A DNA stretch of 64,000 nucleotides from Alphaproteobacteria bacterium (GTDB lineage Bacteria > Pseudomonadota > Alphaproteobacteria > UBA6615): NCBI GenBank assembly GCA_965261975.1, contig CBDHEC010000057.1, positions 96,001 through 160,000 of the forward strand, given 5' to 3'. The position numbers and the translations under genes are program-made. Shown in pieces: positions 59,777 through 64,000 of this stretch; positions within the stretch are counted from its first letter, which is position 1; each line of letters starts with the position of its first letter. The notes under the pieces are model-generated. The model had not been told where the DNA came from. It ran no database searches and worked only from the letters and a program-made list of their open reading frames with translations.

Positions 59777-61546
59777 CTACTTCGCCGGAATGATCGGCAG
59801 CAGCACATAACCGGCATTGTCACCGCCCAGATGCACGGTGACGTTGTTGTCGAAGACCGCCGCCGGGCGGTTGTCCGGGTCGTCATGCAGGAACGGCCCC
59901 ACGCCGGTGAAGGTGTTCTTCATGTTCGACAAACCCGCATCCGTCTCCCCGGGGAAGACATAGTCGCACCCCTTGATCGACAGGGCGAACCGATATCCCT
60001 CCGGCACGACGATACCCGATGCGTGAATCTCCACGTCCACCTCATAGATCTCGCCCGGGTTGAGTTCCTGCACCTCGTCATTCGCATGAAACGGCGCCGC
60101 CTCGGTCGAGCGCGCAGGGTCGAGCTTACGATGAGACGCGCGCAGCCAGCCCGACGCGACGGGTGTGTGCGGATCAAGCGCACCGCGGAAGGTGACCTCC
60201 TTCATGTCCGACTGGAACACACGCAGGATGACGAACAGGTCCGCGTCCTTGGTATCCGAGGAAATATTGAGCTTCACGGCCATGGGGCCGCAGATCTCCA
60301 GGTCTTCCGCCATCGGATTCGACAGGAAGGTCAGGCCGTCACCCATCGCCGCATAGGTAATCTCGGCGGCCTCGCTGGCCGGGGACTCCGACAATATCTG
60401 GCCGGTCGACTCCAGGTGATACATGGTGTACTCGGTCCGCGGCAGCGGCCAGTCCTCCTCGGCGCGCAGCACGAATTTCTCGCCGGGATGGCGCACGTTG
60501 AGCGACACACGCGGCTGGTCCTTCCAGCCGGAATCATCGCCCTTCAGATAGCAGTCAAAGAAGCGCCACTGCAGATCGTTGCCGTAGTCCGTGTAGTAGA
60601 GGGACCAGTGTTCCAGCCCATGGACCTCGAGATACTTCTCTTTCGAGCCGGAATGCATGAAGCCATTGAAGTTGCCACGCGGATGCAGCGGCGCGCCGCC
60701 CCAGTTGGCGCAACTCAGCACCGGCACCTCGATCTTCGATAGATCAGGTGTCATCGCCGCGTAATAGTCGTCATCGAGGGGATGCGAAATATAGGACTGG
60801 TAGAGATCGTATCGGTTGGCCGCGCGCTCCTCGTCTGAATGGGTTTCCGGGCCCGCAGCAAGCTCGCCGTTGGCGCGTGACGCCCAGCCACGATCGCCAT
60901 AACCATGCTGAATCTTCAGAATTTGCATGTCGTACCAGTGCCGCGCGAAGGAATCGTAGATACCGTTCTGGTAGGCGAGCTCCCGATAAAAATCGTTGAA
61001 GCCTTCCCAGGGGCAAATCGCCGCCAGGTGCTTGGGCTGCAGGGCTGCGACCTGCCACTGGTTGACCGCATAATAGGAGATACCGCTCAGGCCGACCTTG
61101 CCGTTGGACCAGGGCTGGACACCGGCCCAATCGATGCAGATGGCGAAATCCTGCGTCTCGCGCGGGCTCCAATGTTCGAGATAACCCGGCGAACGCCCGG
61201 CGCCGCGGGAATCCACGCGGATAACCACATAGCCTTTCGGTACCCATTTCTCCGGATCGCAGACCTCCCAGCTCTGATGGATGTTCGTCGAACCCCGCGG
61301 CACGTCCGGGTGGTTCTCACACATCAGATCCCAGCAGGTCTTGTAGATCTCCTCGAAGTGGAGATCCTTGCCGTAGGGACCGTGGGACATGACGACCGGA
61401 TACTGGCCGTCGTCGTCGGGCCGATACACATTGGCGCGCAGCACAACGCCGTCGTCCATCTCGATGGGCACGTCCCAGTCGACGCGCATGCCCTCGCGAA
61501 CCTCGGTCTTGAAGATCGGATCGTCCGGATACCTGATATCGTCCAT
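59777..61546 (-). CDS. CocE/NonD family hydrolase, copy 2
   Basis: Same motifs; 589 aa from ATG 61546 with GGGAG RBS. Confidence 0.92.
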   Translation of the reverse strand: MDDIRYPDDPIFKTEVREGMRVDWDVPIEMDDGVVLRANVYRPDDDGQYPVVMSHGPYGKDLHFEEIYKTCWDLMCENHPDVPRGSTNIHQSWEVCDPEKWVPKGYVVIRVDSRGAGRSPGYLEHWSPRETQDFAICIDWAGVQPWSNGKVGLSGISYYAVNQWQVAALQPKHLAAICPWEGFNDFYRELAYQNGIYDSFARHWYDMQILKIQHGYGDRGWASRANGELAAGPETHSDEERAANRYDLYQSYISHPLDDDYYAAMTPDLSKIEVPVLSCANWGGAPLHPRGNFNGFMHSGSKEKYLEVHGLEHWSLYYTDYGNDLQWRFFDCYLKGDDSGWKDQPRVSLNVRHPGEKFVLRAEEDWPLPRTEYTMYHLESTGQILSESPASEAAEITYAAMGDGLTFLSNPMAEDLEICGPMAVKLNISSDTKDADLFVILRVFQSDMKEVTFRGALDPHTPVASGWLRASHRKLDPARSTEAAPFHANDEVQELNPGEIYEVDVEIHASGIVVPEGYRFALSIKGCDYVFPGETDAGLSNMKNTFTGVGPFLHDDPDNRPAAVFDNNVTVHLGGDNAGYVLLPIIPAK

Positions 61547-61625
61547 TGTCTTACTCCCCCATGCGGGGACCTTTCTGCGAGGCCCTCCACCAGCGTTTTC
61601 GTTGACACGCCCTTCGGAAACATTT

Positions 61626-61653
61626 CGGGCGGTCCGTATCTCCGGACCGCCCG
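61626..61653. other. GC-rich intercistronic stem-loop without a U tract on the coding strand
   Basis: CGGGCGGTCCG-TATCTC-CGGACCGCCCG. Confidence 0.65.
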
Positions 61654-61667
61654 CTCGCACTTGTGGC

Positions 61668-63458
61668 TTACTTCCTGCCGCCCCGCTTCGCCGGGATGAT
61701 CGGCAGCATTACATGGGCCTGTTCCTTCGGCCCGGTGTGCAATGTCACATCACCGCCAAAAATCTCAGCCGGCCGGTCGCGCGGATCGTCATGGCGGAAG
61801 ATCGCAACGCCCGTCCAGTTGGCGTATTCGCCAAGCTGGGTGTTCGAGTCCCCGGGATACTCGTAATCCTTGCCCCGCACGGACAGCGCGATGCGATACC
61901 CCTTCGGCACCACAATGCAGGTCGGCCAGACCTCGACGTCGAGCTCGTAGGATTTGCCCGGCTTGAGGGGCTGCTCTTCGTCATGGGTGTGATACGGGCG
62001 ATACGGCAGGCTCTTCTTCTCGTCGAGCTTGCGGTGCGACGCCCGCAGCCAGCCTTGCGCGATCGGCGTGTGCGGATCGAGCGCGCCCTGGAACGTCACT
62101 TCCTTCATGTCCGGACCGAACACGCGGAAGACCAGGAACATGTCGGCATCGCTCGTCGAGGACGAGACGAAGAGCTTCGAGGCGATCGGCCCCGTAATCT
62201 CCATATCCTCTTCCAGCGGGTCGGACATGAAGGTCACGCCGTCGGAGAAGCCCGCATAGGTCACCTCGCCCTTCTTCTTCTGGGGCGTGGTCGAGAGGCT
62301 CATATTCGACGGATCGATATAGAAGTTGGTCCACTTGGTTCGCTTGAGCGGCCATTCATTCTCGTGACGCTCGACGAACACCTCGCCCGGGTGACGCACC
62401 TGCAGCTGGACCTTGGGCTGCTTGTTCCATCCGTTCTTCTCACCCTTCAGGTAATAGCCGAAGAAGCGCTTCTGCAGGTCCATACCGTAGTCGGTGTAGA
62501 AGTGGGTCCAGTGCTCGATCCCGTGCACCTCGAGCCACTTCTCCTTGGACTTCGATTGCGTGAAGCCCTCGAAGTTGCCGCGCGGATGCAGGCCCTGGCC
62601 GCCCCAGTTCGCGGTCGACAGCATCGGCACCTTGACCTTGTTCCAGTCGGGCATACGCGACTGCCAGTATTCGTCGGTGTCGAGCTTCCGCGCGAGACAA
62701 TCCTCGTAGAAATTGTTCCGGTTCGCGCCGAGCTCTTCCTCGGTCAGCGTGTCCGGACCGGCAACCCATTCGGCGTTCATGCGCGAACGCGGGCCGTTCG
62801 AGCCCTTGCCGTGCTGGACCGAGTAAACCTGCGCCTCGGACCAGTCCTTGACGAAGCCGTTACACATGATGCCGCCGTGATGGGCCATGTCGCGGTAGAA
62901 GTCGGCCGCGCCCTCCCACGGGCAGATCGCCGCAAGATGCTTTGGCTGCAATGCCGCCGCCTGCCACTGGTTCTCGGCATAGTAGGAGATGCCGTTCAGG
63001 CCAACCTTGCCGTTCGACCAGGACTGAACACCGGCCCAGTCGATACAGATCGCCAGATCCTGCGCCTCGCGCAACGACCAGATGTCGATGACGCCCGGTG
63101 AGCGCCCGGTGCCGCGCCCGTCGACGCGGATACACACATAGTTATCGGGCACCCAACGTTCCGGATCGACGACCTCCCAGTTCTGGTACTTCTCGCTGGT
63201 ACCGGCGCCGATCTCGGGGAAATCCTCGAGCATGCGCTCATACTGATCGTGATAGGCATCGTCGAAGTGGAGGAGCTTGCCGTACGGCCCGTAGGTCATG
63301 ATGACGCCATACTTGCCGTTCTTGATCGGTCGATAGACGTCGCATCGCAGGACAACGCCGTCATCCATCTCTATGGGCACATCCCAGTCAATCCGCATGC
63401 CATCGCGCACATCGGTCCGTGACTGATCATCCATGTAGGGTGTTTTCTTCTTCGCCAT
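61668..63458 (-). CDS. CocE/NonD family hydrolase, copy 1
   Basis: Same motifs with GISYYA; GGGAGA RBS. Confidence 0.92.
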   Translation of the reverse strand: MAKKKTPYMDDQSRTDVRDGMRIDWDVPIEMDDGVVLRCDVYRPIKNGKYGVIMTYGPYGKLLHFDDAYHDQYERMLEDFPEIGAGTSEKYQNWEVVDPERWVPDNYVCIRVDGRGTGRSPGVIDIWSLREAQDLAICIDWAGVQSWSNGKVGLNGISYYAENQWQAAALQPKHLAAICPWEGAADFYRDMAHHGGIMCNGFVKDWSEAQVYSVQHGKGSNGPRSRMNAEWVAGPDTLTEEELGANRNNFYEDCLARKLDTDEYWQSRMPDWNKVKVPMLSTANWGGQGLHPRGNFEGFTQSKSKEKWLEVHGIEHWTHFYTDYGMDLQKRFFGYYLKGEKNGWNKQPKVQLQVRHPGEVFVERHENEWPLKRTKWTNFYIDPSNMSLSTTPQKKKGEVTYAGFSDGVTFMSDPLEEDMEITGPIASKLFVSSSTSDADMFLVFRVFGPDMKEVTFQGALDPHTPIAQGWLRASHRKLDEKKSLPYRPYHTHDEEQPLKPGKSYELDVEVWPTCIVVPKGYRIALSVRGKDYEYPGDSNTQLGEYANWTGVAIFRHDDPRDRPAEIFGGDVTLHTGPKEQAHVMLPIIPAKRGGRK

Positions 63459-63606
63459 CGACGCTCTCCCAAATACAAAAATTATGCACCCGAAGGCGTT
63501 GCACCCGCCGGGCCCGGTTATTGTTGGTTATAGAATAGTGGAATTAGGTCTTTTAGTGAAAGGGGCCGTTTCCACTGAATAGGTGCCCTGCGTTGAACGC
63601 AGAGGC

Positions 63607-64000
63607 TTACTCTGCGGCGATATAGAACACCGCCCAAGGCCAGCGGGCCTCATCCTCGGCGCTTCCTTTGCCGCCCGCGACATCGTAGACGATCCAGACC
63701 GGCCCGCGACCGCCGATCCCGAGATAGGCGCCGTCACCCTTGGTCGCGACGATCCACTTACGCTCGGCCAGATCGGCCGCCGTGATTTCGACCGCGAAGC
63801 CGTCGAGGGCGACCGCGGTGACCTTCGATCCGGTCCAGCCTGCCGCCATGAGCACATCGATCAACAGGGGCCCTTCAAGGGTGATCGCGCGCGGCCATGG
63901 CTCGGCCTTGATCGTCGTCTTAACGGTGCCGAGGGCCTCCAACATGGCGACGTCAAACGCGGCGGCACGGGTGTAGTCGTATTCCAATACCTTCAAGGTC
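63607..64000 (-). CDS. Molybdopterin-oxidoreductase-like (COG3915-type) protein, 5' truncated
   Basis: FD.AMLEALG, EGPLL.DVL, ALDGFAVEI and GGRGP.WIVY pattern. Confidence 0.65.
   Translation of the reverse strand, partial: TLKVLEYDYTRAAAFDVAMLEALGTVKTTIKAEPWPRAITLEGPLLIDVLMAAGWTGSKVTAVALDGFAVEITAADLAERKWIVATKGDGAYLGIGGRGPVWIVYDVAGGKGSAEDEARWPWAVFYIAAE

Noticed and set aside
54413-63458. Repeated DNA blocks as CRISPR, REP, diversity-generating retroelement or mis-assembly
   Set aside because: The repeats are coding motifs shared by diverged paralogs. There are no spacers and no cas, reverse transcriptase or recombinase gene.
1-64000. Mobile elements, prophage, tRNA/rRNA or defence systems
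   Set aside because: I recognised no transposase, integrase, phage, nuclease or structural RNA signature.

Overview
GC-rich bacterial chromosomal segment. Gene content points to an alphaproteobacterium (inference). It holds about 65 densely packed, mostly catabolic genes, and I recognised no rRNA, tRNA, CRISPR array or mobile element. Main blocks: (i) a cupin, two tandem maleate-isomerase/racemase-family paralogs lacking the usual catalytic Cys, badI, fcl and a cytochrome c'/diheme cytochrome c pair; (ii) a sulfur locus where tusA-mtnA diverges from a two-Cys ArsR (BigR/SqrR-type), rhodanese, TSUP, TIGR02186, USP, soeABC and a PfkB kinase broken by an in-frame TGA; (iii) mmsA, a flavin reductase, an AT-rich region with a small membrane-protein gene, a DmdB-like ligase, a nitroreductase and a hydantoinase/oxoprolinase operon; (iv) acyl-CoA and hydrolase clusters, including a TetR-linked cluster with a TRAP transporter; (v) a NupC transporter preceded by a candidate sRNA or attenuator, and hmgA with a perfect 18-bp operator; (vi) the most striking feature, a 9-kb tandem array of five intact CocE/NonD (S15) serine-hydrolase paralogs. 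All family assignments come from recognising motifs by eye; no database search was run.
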